Assembly: GCA_963748825.1 (NCBI GenBank)
Contig: CAVVKN010000023.1
Location: forward strand, 1-64,000
DNA length: 64,000 nucleotides
Origin: Methanotrichaceae archaeon
GTDB lineage: Archaea; Halobacteriota; Methanosarcinia; Methanotrichales; Methanotrichaceae
Direction: 5' to 3'
Position numbers and translations under genes: made by a program. Positions 29,478 to 39,100 of this stretch are shown piece after piece. How positions within the stretch are numbered: the first letter of the stretch is position 1; each line of letters starts with the position of its first letter. The notes below the pieces were generated by a model, which saw only the letters and a list, made by a program, of their open reading frames with translations, was not told the origin of the DNA and did no database searches.

Positions 29478-31478
29478 TCAATTCTCAGAGCCCGGAGACT
29501 CTCCGGCAAGCTTTTGCTTTCTCTTCTCTTCCTTCTTTCTTTCCACCCGGTACTCCTGGAAAAGGCTCTCCAGCCGCTCTTCCTGCAACCTGGCCAGGCG
29601 ATCTTTCATCTCCTCCTCCCAGGCAGCGCTGGCCGCAGCCACATCCTCCGGCCGCATGAAGGGCATGCTATTGATTTTCTGCACAGGCAGATTTTTGCGA
29701 GAGAAGATGGGAATGCCCATCTGCAGGAAGTGCTCACGCACGGCAGGGCTCAACTCGCCCTGCGCCACCACTCCGGCGATTTCCTTTTCCCGCAGAAGCT
29801 CAACCGTGCTCTTTCCGCCGCCGCTGGCATCCTCCAGAAAGAGCCAATCCCCCTTTTCCAGGCCATATTGCGCCGCAGCAAGCTGCACCGCCTCGCGGGT
29901 AAAGGCTGCCAGAGGCTTGAGCTTTTGCAGGCCGCGTGTCTCCTCAATTATCTCTGCTTTCTTCTGACGCTCCAAAGTCTTCTTCAGTTTTTTGATGTAC
30001 TTTCTCTCCGAGCGCAGCACCGACCGCAGGCGCTCGATCTCTTTGTCTCGAATCTTGATCTCATGCTGCCGCTTGATCTCGCGAGCCGTTTTGTCCCGCA
30101 GGCGATCCAGTTTGCCGTTCACTACCCTCAGTGCGACCTCTTTTTCCGCCAGCCCAGTCCGCAGCTCATCCAGGTAAGAGCGCAGCGTCCTGACCTGCTC
30201 GGCAAGCTGCTGATTTTGCAGGCGCAGAGCAGTAACATCAGGAGAGGCTTCGAGAGTGGCTTTTTCCCCCTGCGGCGACGTCGTCGGTCTGGCAAGGTGG
30301 GCAGAAGAAGGCACCAATTCGGCGATGGCATTTTCAATGGAATAGCCCCGCACCACCAGCGCCTTAACTTCATCGGGATCGATCTCGGAGGGAACCTTCT
30401 TTTCCACCAGCAAGAACTTGTTTCTGTATTTTTTAAAAGCGCTAATGGCCGCCGCCAGAGCATCGCGTTCATGATCGTTCTTGTAGCCAAATTCCTTTCC
30501 CAGAGCAATCTTCTCTTCCGCAGGAATGTCCCCGCCCGGAGAATAGAGAACTGCATTAAAAGCGCGCTTGACCTTCTCCACGCTGCCCGGCGTTGGAAAA
30601 ACATCTGTAGCGACAACAAGCGGTCTGCCCCGCGCCGCAATCCATTCAATCACATCCGAGGAGGACAATGCCCTGGAGCTGGTCAGGTCCACCAGCTCGC
30701 CGGACAGGTTCAGCGCGGCGATGCCCGTCGTCGTTCCCGGATCCAGGCCCACGATGATGTAGCTGCGCCTTTGCAGAAGTGGTTTGTACTGCAGCTCGGG
30801 CCGCTCCATGCTCTGCACCAGCAGCTGTGCATCGCTGTAGTAACCGGGGTTGATATGCACCTTCTCGCGGGACGCTTCCACCACAAACTCAGCCCGGGTA
30901 TAGCCGCCCAGGCCCTCCACGGCCCGGGTGGTGTACTGCAGCCCAGCCTCCCGAAGTTGTCGCTCTACCTCGCGCGCCAGGCTCATCACTGCGCCATGAA
31001 TCTTGCGAGTGTAGCGGTTCTGGCTCCAGCCGCCCCGGCCCAGCGAGCGGCGCCGGCTTACCTTAATCCACGTCCTCTCCTGGAAAGCGGATAGAACAAC
31101 GCCTACTCCCTTGGCAGCCAGCCGGGCGCAGGCCTCCGCCTCTTGCAGGGGCTTGGTGCGGTCGAAGGTGATGCCGTGGTAGCGGGCCAGCCTGACCAGA
31201 GACTCCGGCTTCTCTGCGCCCGTCACCTGCACCATCTTAGTGGTGGGAGGCATCCGGCGCAGGATATTGATCAGCTCCCTTCGATCCGAGGCCAGCTCGT
31301 GGAGGTTGTCCATGGCCACAATCTCCGGCTGGCGCTCCCTGATGAGCCGGATTAGCTTATGCCGGCTGATCATGTGAAAACAGGCAACGTCTCCCCCATC
31401 CAGCATCACCATTGAGTAGCTTGGCGTCCTTCTGCCGGATGGCGAGCCGCTGGCGATGTCCACACCAAATATGCTCAA
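29478..31478 (-). CDS. DUF460 domain-containing protein (RNase H-like fold with coiled coil)
   Basis: GVDIASGS, RGGWSQNRY, IVGLDPGTTTG, NDHERDALAAA, long coiled coil. Confidence 0.88.
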   Translation of the reverse strand: MSIFGVDIASGSPSGRRTPSYSMVMLDGGDVACFHMISRHKLIRLIRERQPEIVAMDNLHELASDRRELINILRRMPPTTKMVQVTGAEKPESLVRLARYHGITFDRTKPLQEAEACARLAAKGVGVVLSAFQERTWIKVSRRRSLGRGGWSQNRYTRKIHGAVMSLAREVERQLREAGLQYTTRAVEGLGGYTRAEFVVEASREKVHINPGYYSDAQLLVQSMERPELQYKPLLQRRSYIIVGLDPGTTTGIAALNLSGELVDLTSSRALSSSDVIEWIAARGRPLVVATDVFPTPGSVEKVKRAFNAVLYSPGGDIPAEEKIALGKEFGYKNDHERDALAAAISAFKKYRNKFLLVEKKVPSEIDPDEVKALVVRGYSIENAIAELVPSSAHLARPTTSPQGEKATLEASPDVTALRLQNQQLAEQVRTLRSYLDELRTGLAEKEVALRVVNGKLDRLRDKTAREIKRQHEIKIRDKEIERLRSVLRSERKYIKKLKKTLERQKKAEIIEETRGLQKLKPLAAFTREAVQLAAAQYGLEKGDWLFLEDASGGGKSTVELLREKEIAGVVAQGELSPAVREHFLQMGIPIFSRKNLPVQKINSMPFMRPEDVAAASAAWEEEMKDRLARLQEERLESLFQEYRVERKKEEKRKQKLAGESPGSEN

Positions 31479-32344
31479 TGGTTCTCTGCCTCCCGGACGC
31501 GCGAGAGCGCCCTTTCTAATGGCATTTCTATCCTGTATTTTCGCTCGAAGAAGCGCAAGACGTTGACCAGGTCCCTCTCCAATAGCTCCTGGGCATGGGG
31601 ATGGGTGACCTCTACTGCCTGAGGCCAGTCGATGATCTTGGGGCCGGACTCGTCCACAATTACGTTAAACTCGGAAAGGTCAGCGTGAATGATGCCCAGC
31701 CTCCGGGCCTTTCCCACCTCGCCCAAGATCATGTTCAGTCCGTTCTCGGGATCGGAGAGCGTGATGCGGTTAAGAGCTGGGCCGCTTACAAATTCCATGG
31801 CCAGAACATGGCGGCTTACAGCAAACGGCCTGGGAATGGATACGATTGGATAGAGCTTCTCCATGATTTGAAACTCGTGACGAGCTGCCAGAGCGGCGGC
31901 ATAAATCCAGGGCACTTTGGTCTGATCGGTGAGATGATCGCGCAGGCGGCGAATATGTTTGAAGCTGGTTCTTCCCTGACGGTGGAATTTGATTGCCAGG
32001 TGAGTCTCTCCCAGGGCTTCGTATACCACCGACTCTTTGCCTACTCCGATTCTCTCGCCAAAGGCTTTCACCGTCCCTCGTTTCACTAAATCGGACAGTG
32101 CCAGAAGATCATAGGCATCAAAGTCTATGCGGTAGCCGAGATAGTGCATGCTCTCCCGCTCTACCAGTTTCTTTTCAAAAAGTTGGCCCAGCCGAAACTC
32201 CACCTTGCGGACCGGCAGGCCGGATAACTCTGAGATCACGAAGGATGGGACCCATTCGTGAGTCTTCATCCCGGTCTCAATAGCACTGAGCAGGGAGCGG
32301 TCCTCCCGGCTGAGGCCCAATAATGCTTCAGCTAGATTTTCCAC
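31475..32344 (-). CDS. RIO2-family serine/threonine kinase
   Basis: N-terminal winged helix (HEWVP), IGVGKESVVY, IHADLSEFNV, IIDWPQ. Confidence 0.92.
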   Translation of the reverse strand: MENLAEALLGLSREDRSLLSAIETGMKTHEWVPSFVISELSGLPVRKVEFRLGQLFEKKLVERESMHYLGYRIDFDAYDLLALSDLVKRGTVKAFGERIGVGKESVVYEALGETHLAIKFHRQGRTSFKHIRRLRDHLTDQTKVPWIYAAALAARHEFQIMEKLYPIVSIPRPFAVSRHVLAMEFVSGPALNRITLSDPENGLNMILGEVGKARRLGIIHADLSEFNVIVDESGPKIIDWPQAVEVTHPHAQELLERDLVNVLRFFERKYRIEMPLERALSRVREAENH

Positions 32345-32369
32345 AGATACTATTATGTGATTATTTTAG

Positions 32370-33548
32370 CTAAAGCTTTGCCCCCAGGGTCTGCATCACA
32401 TAATCAGCAAACTCTGCACCTGTTGCCCCATCGGAGCGACCAGTGAGGACAACCTTCCTCTCCAACTGGCCGCAGACGTCCAGCGCATTCTCCAATTTGG
32501 CCGCCTGATTCACAAAGCCGATGTGCCGCAGCAGCATGACGCAGGCACGCATCATGCTGGCCGGATCGGCATAGGCAGCTCTGCCTTCCTCCACCATGCG
32601 CGGAGCCGAGCCATGGATGGCCTCGAACATGGCATAACGCTTGCCGATGTTGGCGCTTCCCGCTGTGCCCACGCCGCCCTGAAACTCGGCCGCCTCGTCG
32701 GTGAGAATGTCCCCGTAGAGGTTGGGCAGCACTATGACCTTGAAGTCCTTCCTGCGCTTCTCGTCCACCAGCTTGGCGGCCATGATATCCACAAACCAGT
32801 CATCGAACGCGATATCCGGATATTCCTTGGCCACACGCTTGGCCGTCTCCAGGAATTTGCCGTCCGTGGCCTTGATGACATTGGCCTTGGTGACCGCTGA
32901 GACCCTTTTAATGCCATTCTTCTTGGCATACTCAAAGGCCAGGCGCACAATCCTCTCAGCGCCGGGCGTGGTTATGACCTTGAAGTCCACGGCCAGGTCG
33001 TCGGTGACATTGATGCCCTTGCTGCCCAAAACGTACTCGCCCTCGGTATTCTCCCTGTAGAAGATCCAGTCGATGCCCTTCTCCGGCACCTTGACCGGCC
33101 GGACATTGGCGAAGAGGTCCAGCTCACGGCGCATGGAGACATTGGCGCTCTCCAGGTTGGGCCACTTGTCTCCCTTCTTGGGAGTGGTGAGGGGGCCCTT
33201 GAGGATAACGTGGCACTCTTTTAGCGCTGCCAGGACATCCTCGGGAAGAGCCTTCATGACTTTTACCCGCGACTCAATGTCAAGGCCCTGTATGTCCCGC
33301 AGCTCCACCTTCCCTTCCGCAATCTCATCTGCCAGCACATAGCTTAGGACTCGGACTGCCTCGCGGGTGATGTAGGGGCCGATGCCGTCGCCGCCCACAA
33401 CGCCGATGATGAGGGGCTGAAGCTTGCTGTAGTCAACCCAGTCCTCTCCTGCTTTTATCTGATCAACGCGCAAAAGCTGCTCCACCAGCAGCTTGGCGAA
33501 GTGCTCCTTCGCCTTTTCTATGGCCTCGCTCTGAATCATGGATCGCAC
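32370..33548 (-). CDS. Isocitrate/isopropylmalate dehydrogenase family protein
   Basis: GDGIGP, LKGPLTTP, RRELDLFANVRP, RENTEGEY, NLYGDILTDEAA, FEAIHGSAP. Confidence 0.92.
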   Translation of the reverse strand: MRSMIQSEAIEKAKEHFAKLLVEQLLRVDQIKAGEDWVDYSKLQPLIIGVVGGDGIGPYITREAVRVLSYVLADEIAEGKVELRDIQGLDIESRVKVMKALPEDVLAALKECHVILKGPLTTPKKGDKWPNLESANVSMRRELDLFANVRPVKVPEKGIDWIFYRENTEGEYVLGSKGINVTDDLAVDFKVITTPGAERIVRLAFEYAKKNGIKRVSAVTKANVIKATDGKFLETAKRVAKEYPDIAFDDWFVDIMAAKLVDEKRRKDFKVIVLPNLYGDILTDEAAEFQGGVGTAGSANIGKRYAMFEAIHGSAPRMVEEGRAAYADPASMMRACVMLLRHIGFVNQAAKLENALDVCGQLERKVVLTGRSDGATGAEFADYVMQTLGAKL

Positions 33549-33828
33549 CTATTCTTCAACGGTAGGTGAGGTTCTGGAAGATCAATCTTTTGCAGAATCG
33601 GATATTTTCGCCCCGCTCACTGCAACTATTTTGGCTCTTTGCTATTTTCGGTAGCTGACTTCAGGTTATTGTGGTTGAAACGTCGTTAGCCACCGGGTTA
33701 TAAAACCAAATGGGCGGACGATACTACCACCACCGCAGACACAAAGCGCACGGAGGACTCGCGCGCACGGACGTCTGGGCCACAGACCCAAGGAAAAATG
33801 AAAACGCGGCTTCTTTTTCAGTCAAATC

Positions 33829-33834
33829 TTTAAA
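33829..33834 (+). promoter_or_regulatory. Putative archaeal TATA box (TTTAAA) for the 30-aa ORF
   Basis: Lies 23-28 nt upstream of ATG 33857, the spacing expected for a leaderless archaeal transcript. Confidence 0.5.
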
Positions 33835-33856
33835 CCAGAAATGACCAGCATCCCCT

Positions 33857-33949
33857 ATGGACATAATGAGCATAGCCTTCTACGTCATCATATTCGTCCT
33901 CGCCTTCATGATCGCCCGCATCATCATGAGGATCATGCGTGGCTACTAG
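33857..33949 (+). CDS. Putative 30-aa single-pass membrane microprotein (MDIMSIAFYVIIFVLAFMIARIIMRIMRGY)
   Basis: Hand-translated ATG..TAG; hydrophobic helix then Arg-rich tail; strong C-ending codon bias; below the ORF-track cutoff. Confidence 0.65.
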   Translation: MDIMSIAFYVIIFVLAFMIARIIMRIMRGY

Positions 33950-34015
33950 GCGAAGCACATATCGCCCGAAGATAAAGCGACAGGCTTAATATTTGCGGAT
34001 ACCTAACCAGTAGTC

Positions 34016-35293
34016 ATGTTTCCCCAGGTCTTAGCCACAGTTGGCGGCTCAGGAACGCGTTTGTACCCGCTTACTTTAGACCAGCCCAAACCCCTGGTTG
34101 AATTGTGTGATACCGCCATCATCGCCAATCTCTTCCGGGTTTTAGCCAGTCAGGGCTGCAGAAGGTTCATCCTGGGCAGCAAGGGCGCCAGCAACACCCT
34201 CAACCTGAGCAATTACTTCAAAGCCGGCGAGGGCTTCTTCAAGCGCCTGGGCATCACCGACCACCAGGACTTCAGCTACCAGCCCCTCTACGACGACAAG
34301 GGGAGCGCTGATTCCCTGCGCTATTGCATGAACTACTACGACATCAACGACGACCTGCTGGTGGTCTCGGGCGACAACCTCATCGACATCGACCTGCCGA
34401 GCATTGTCGAGTTTCATAGAAAGCACAAGCCACTGCTCACCGTGGCCCTCAAAGAGTTGGGACCGGAGGAGAATGTCTCCCAGTACGGCGTGGCCCGCGT
34501 GGACGATGATATGCGCATAAGGGGGTTCGTAGAAAAGCCGAAAGCGGGAAGCGAGCCCAGCCGCATGATAAACACCGCCTTCTACCTCTTCTCACCTCAG
34601 ATTCGCGAGGTCTTGGCCAGGATGGGAGACAAAGCCCGCGACATCGGCGGCGACCTGATCCCCTATTTAACGGAGAACGGCTATCCCGTTTACGGCTTCC
34701 CTATCACAGGCTACTGGATAGATATCGGCACCCCGGATCGGCTGCACCAGGCGGCCATGGACTGCCTCTCCGGAGCTGTCCGCCATTTCGACCGCAAGTA
34801 CCACTATAAGCCCAATCAGTGGATTCATCCCAGCACATTAGCGAAAATCGAGCCATACCTCGCCTCCGGCGACATACAGCTTTTGGGCAATGTCTCCATC
34901 GGCAGAAACTGCAACATCGAAAAAGGCGTGACTATCGAGAACTCTCACATCGGCCATACCAGCCTTATCGAACGCAATGTGGAGATCAAAGAGAGCATGA
35001 TCATGAGCTTCGCCCATATCCAGCACATGGTCAATATCCGCCGCACAATCGTTGGCCGTCACACAACCATCGAGGAGCATAGCATTTTAGGGGGGGAAAA
35101 TGGTGTTGGACTGGACAGCATCGCCATTCTTGGCGAGAATGTCACCCTGCCGCCAGAATCTGTGGTTGCCGCAGGCGTAAGGGTAGCGTCGCTCAAGCAC
35201 AGCCACAGCATTCTGGCCACCGGCAGATTCGTGGAACTGGGAATTGATGAAAGAAATATTTACTTTGCAGAAAAAAGTTCGATGAAGCGCTAG
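34016..35293 (+). CDS. NDP-sugar pyrophosphorylase (sugar-1-phosphate nucleotidyltransferase with left-handed beta-helix)
   Basis: GGSGTRLYPLT..PKPLV, VSGDNL, GFVEKP, YWIDIGTP, C-terminal hexapeptide repeats. Confidence 0.9.
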   Translation: MFPQVLATVGGSGTRLYPLTLDQPKPLVELCDTAIIANLFRVLASQGCRRFILGSKGASNTLNLSNYFKAGEGFFKRLGITDHQDFSYQPLYDDKGSADSLRYCMNYYDINDDLLVVSGDNLIDIDLPSIVEFHRKHKPLLTVALKELGPEENVSQYGVARVDDDMRIRGFVEKPKAGSEPSRMINTAFYLFSPQIREVLARMGDKARDIGGDLIPYLTENGYPVYGFPITGYWIDIGTPDRLHQAAMDCLSGAVRHFDRKYHYKPNQWIHPSTLAKIEPYLASGDIQLLGNVSIGRNCNIEKGVTIENSHIGHTSLIERNVEIKESMIMSFAHIQHMVNIRRTIVGRHTTIEEHSILGGENGVGLDSIAILGENVTLPPESVVAAGVRVASLKHSHSILATGRFVELGIDERNIYFAEKSSMKR

Positions 35294-35309
35294 TTACTAT
35301 TTATGGTAA

Positions 35310-35546
35310 CTAGTAGTAGCGCTCCCAGGCAGCGTCGATCTTTCTTATTTTATATTTTGCCCCGTTATCCAGTAGGTATCGGTTCAGATCCTGAGCATCC
35401 TGGAAAAAGCGCTTATCTCTCAGGTTATTATAGATGTCTTCCGTGGTGAATCCCTTCAGCTCACCCTTGCCGTAAACGATCCTCTCAATGGTATAATAGA
35501 TGTCGTCAAACTTCCTCAAGGGATAAGTCCACTCTGCAAACTGCAT
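35310..35546 (-). CDS. Hypothetical protein (78 aa)
   Basis: Protein-like composition; GTGAGGAGG RBS upstream; fills the gap between genes. Confidence 0.7.
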   Translation of the reverse strand: MQFAEWTYPLRKFDDIYYTIERIVYGKGELKGFTTEDIYNNLRDKRFFQDAQDLNRYLLDNGAKYKIRKIDAAWERYY

Positions 35547-35648
35547 CTCATGCCCTCCTCACTTGGCTACAGGTTTTGAGCAAATAAGAACCTTTCGTTT
35601 TCTGTGAAGAAAAAGATTATCAATAACGGAAATGAAAAAGTCATCTTC

Positions 35649-36182
35649 ATGGACCATGTCGATCTTCGCCATCTTGACCAGCAAATCTGTACATGCCACC
35701 TTTGCCCACTATCCGATGGGAGAAAACGCGCCGTGCCGGGCAGCGGCCCCGCACCCGCCGATATCATGCTGGTGGGAGAAGCCCCCGGCCGAGAAGAGGA
35801 CCTCACCGGAAAGCCATTCGTAGGCCGGGCGGGAAGATTGCTGGATGCGGCTTTGGAGCAGGCAGGCCTGGAGAGAGCAAAGGTATTCATAACCAGCGTC
35901 ATTAAATGCCGCCCCCCGCAAAACAGAAAGCCGAAAAAAGCAGAGATCGATCAATGTCGCCCCTATTTACAGGCTCAAATCGACATCCTCCATCCTAAAA
36001 TCATCTGCCTGATGGGAAACACGGCTACACAGGCCATCTTAGACAGGCAGGGCGTCACAATCTTGCGCGGCCAGATTTTGCAGGATCGCTTTCTTGTCAC
36101 CTATCATCCTGCCGCCGTCTTGAGAAATAGAAATCTCATGAATGATTTCGTCTCCGACCTCAAAAGTTTGAATACCCTTTGA
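35649..36182 (+). CDS. udg: Uracil-DNA glycosylase, family 4
   Basis: CHLCPL Fe-S ligands, GEAPG, PFVGRAG, KCRPPQNR, TYHPAA. Confidence 0.93.
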   Translation: MDHVDLRHLDQQICTCHLCPLSDGRKRAVPGSGPAPADIMLVGEAPGREEDLTGKPFVGRAGRLLDAALEQAGLERAKVFITSVIKCRPPQNRKPKKAEIDQCRPYLQAQIDILHPKIICLMGNTATQAILDRQGVTILRGQILQDRFLVTYHPAAVLRNRNLMNDFVSDLKSLNTL

Positions 36183-36242
36183 TGATAATTACATCACTAT
36201 TAGAGTTAATATCTAAAACCAACGTCCTGAGGAGCTTTCGAC

Positions 36243-36743
36243 TTGTTTGGCCTTACCTACGATCTCTGGAAGGAGATCATTGATGAAATTGCTATAGCCC
36301 ACGATTCTCTCTTTGCCGCCATGCATCAGACGGCAGATGAGCTCCAGCTCACTACTGATCTGATTGATGAACTGAAGAGCAAAAAAGAACTCAAGATCGC
36401 AAATGATCCCTGGGAATTTCTGCTCATGATTGACTTTATCGAGGATAAGATCAACGGTTTCATAATCTACCTGGCCACTGCAGAGCAGCTGGAAATCTTA
36501 GAAGAGATCAAGGCGAATGTTGCATCAGACCATGGCTTTTCCTGGGAAGAGATAGAGGGCTTTGAGCTTGAACACGGCCTGGATATGCAGGAAGAAATAT
36601 TTGTAGAGATGGAAGAAAGCTATGGCGTTCGGGCAGAGGTAAGAGAGAATGAAGTCATCTATGAACTGGTGATCTTTGACAGCCAGGACATTGATAATAG
36701 CCAGTCCAGCGATCTGGCATGGCAGGAGGATCTTGAAAATTGA
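36243..36743 (+). CDS. Acidic hypothetical protein
   Basis: 166-aa Glu/Asp-rich ORF; GAGGAG RBS; TTG start. Confidence 0.75.
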   Translation: MFGLTYDLWKEIIDEIAIAHDSLFAAMHQTADELQLTTDLIDELKSKKELKIANDPWEFLLMIDFIEDKINGFIIYLATAEQLEILEEIKANVASDHGFSWEEIEGFELEHGLDMQEEIFVEMEESYGVRAEVRENEVIYELVIFDSQDIDNSQSSDLAWQEDLEN

Positions 36744-36788
36744 AGATCATGTGAAACTCTTAAATATTACATCTCATTATCGAGAACC

Positions 36789-39020
36789 ATGGATCAGGGG
36801 AGGAGGAAGAGCGAGCCGGCAGAGCTTTTTGCAGTTTTAATCCTGGGCCTCTTGTTGAGGTTGTTTGCGGGGAGAAACTCATTAACAGAAAATGGCATTC
36901 TTCTGCCGGGTTACGATGAGTATTACCATATGCGAAGAATCTTGTTTACTGTAAACCATTTTCCCAATACGCTCTGGTTTGACTCTTACCTGAATTATCC
37001 TCAGGGATTGGAGATAACCTGGCCCCCCCTCTTCGATCAGATCTCTGCCGCCCTCTGTGTGGCTTTTGGCCAGCATAGCAAAGCAGGAGTGGAGATGGTC
37101 GCCTGTCTTGTACCTATGATCATAGGCATCATAGCCATAGTAGCGGTCTATTACATAGTCAGAGAGCTCTTCGATCACAAAGTCGCACTCCTCGCCGCAT
37201 TCATGGCCGCCCTGGCACCATATTATCTCCTCTATACGATGTTTGCAGCCATGGATCACCACTGTCTGGAGGTACTGCTTTCACTCATCATACTCCTATT
37301 CATGATCATGGCCATCAACCGGAGTGAGAGGAGATACCTCTACGCCTTTGCGTCGGGTGTTGCCATGGCCGCCCTGGCATATACCTGGCAGGGGGCAGAT
37401 ATCTACCTGGCAATATTCCCGCTTTATGCGGCCGTCCAGATGACATTGGACCTCAGAGAGGGCAGATCATCTAAAGAGACCGCGACAACGCTCTTGGCCG
37501 CCTTTGCTATCGCGTTTATTCTTGTTCTGCCGTTTGGAAATACTTCCTGGCTCTCTGCATCCTTCCAGGGAATAGGAGCAATAATTGTTGCCCTTTCTAT
37601 CATGTTTGCCCTTACCAGCCTCGTGGCAAAGAGGAAGATGTCCTGGAAGGCATTTCCTCTGAGCATACTGATAATATCTGCCTTATTTGCGCTGCTCTCA
37701 GTGCTTGCCGGCGGATTTTTCGGTGTGGCTGCAATGATTCAGTCGGGGTTCGAATACATATGGGGAGGAGGGATGATTGGAAAGATCGGCGAGGCCGAGC
37801 CACTCATCTATGATGCAGGGACCTTTTCTCAGGTGGTCTTCTCTCTACTGGGATTGAATCTTCTCTTCTCCCTGGGAGGGATGGCCGTGTCCTTAATTTA
37901 CATCCGTCGCAGCACTGGTGCAAAGAGGCAGGGCCAGATCCTTCTCTTGCTATGGATGGCGTTCACAATCATTCTCACCTTCGGGCAGTCCAGATTCCTC
38001 TACATCTCTACGATCTCCATGGGACTATTGATAAGCATACTCTTCTTCTTTTTACTGGATATAGCCCATAAGAGGCAAAAAGAGGGGACCCCCATGGCAG
38101 CAAGATCTCCGAGATTATTGGCTGCAGTTTTATTTTTGCTACTTGTCCTGCCCACTGCCTGGGATGCAGCCTCCTTTGCCCAGAGTACTCCCCCTGCGGT
38201 GGCGGGCGACTGGGCGGAGTCACTTGCCTGGCTGAAAGAAAACAGCAACACAACCAGCTTCTTTGCGGCTCCCCAAAAAACAGCCGAGTACAGCGTTATG
38301 AGCTGGTGGGACTATGGCAATTGGATCCTCTACCTGGCCGAGCGACCAGTAGTTGCCAACAATTTCCAGGCGGGTGTGGCAGATGCTGCCAAATTCTATC
38401 TATCGGAAAGAGAGGAGGAAGCCACAGCCGTGCTGGATGCGAGGGGATCTAGATACATCCTTGCTGATTATGACCTGATCTACGGCAAACTTTCCGCTCT
38501 CACTACCTGGGCCAATGAGGATCTGAGCAGCTACATGAGAATGGAAGACTATGGCTCGCAATATACGATCATACCACAGGAAAGGCTCTTCAATACCACC
38601 TTGGCAAGGCTCTATCTCTTCGATGGCGCGGGCACAGGCCACTTCCGGCTGATCTATGAATCGAAGACATTTTGGGAGATAGCCGGGCCAAGAGCGAGAT
38701 CAAGATTTTTGAGTATGTTCCCGGGGCATTGATAAAGGTTCGGACCGGGCCGGGCCAGAAGGTAGGCGCCCTGCTGAATATGACCTCTAATCAAGGGAGG
38801 CCCTTCATGTACGGCAATGAGGCGAACGCAAACGGTGACTTCAATGAGGCGAATGCAATTTGAGATAAGAGTTCCATACTCCACAGAAAACCGAAATGGG
38901 TGCCATGCCGTCAATCCGTATTTGGTCTTCTCTGGAAACAAAGATGCCGTGAAGACGATAAATCTCGACGTGAGCGAGGAAGACATAATGAACGGCAGAA
39001 CCATTGAGCTGACTTTTTAG
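36789..39020 (+). pseudogene. aglB: Archaeal oligosaccharyltransferase AglB (STT3 family), frameshifted near the C-terminus
   Basis: DEYYHMRR, DHH, IGEAEP, SWWDYG, VANNFQ; the C-terminal domain continues in other frames (IKIFEYVPGA; FEIRVPYST..SEEDIMNG) after breaks at ~38670 and ~38842. Confidence 0.85.
38815..38858 (+). repeat. 17-bp imperfect direct repeat CAATGAGGCGAA(C/T)GCAA
   Basis: Copies at 38815-38831 and 38842-38858. Confidence 0.85.
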
Positions 39021-39063
39021 GCAAAAAAGGCATAGGTGTGGAGATTCGCTTCCCCTCTCTCAT

Positions 39064-39082
39064 GAGGAAGTGACGCTTCCTC
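39064..39082. terminator. Hairpin between convergent aglB and hemB
   Basis: GAGGAAG-TGACG-CTTCCTC perfect 7-bp stem; terminator function is inferred only. Confidence 0.35.
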
Positions 39083-39100
39083 CAACCGAATGTTCTGATT

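Noticed and set aside
33710-33844. 44-aa ORF MGGRYYHHRRHKAHGG...
   Set aside because: The ATG is only ~5 nt from the TATA box, so it would lie upstream of the expected TSS; no recognisable motif.
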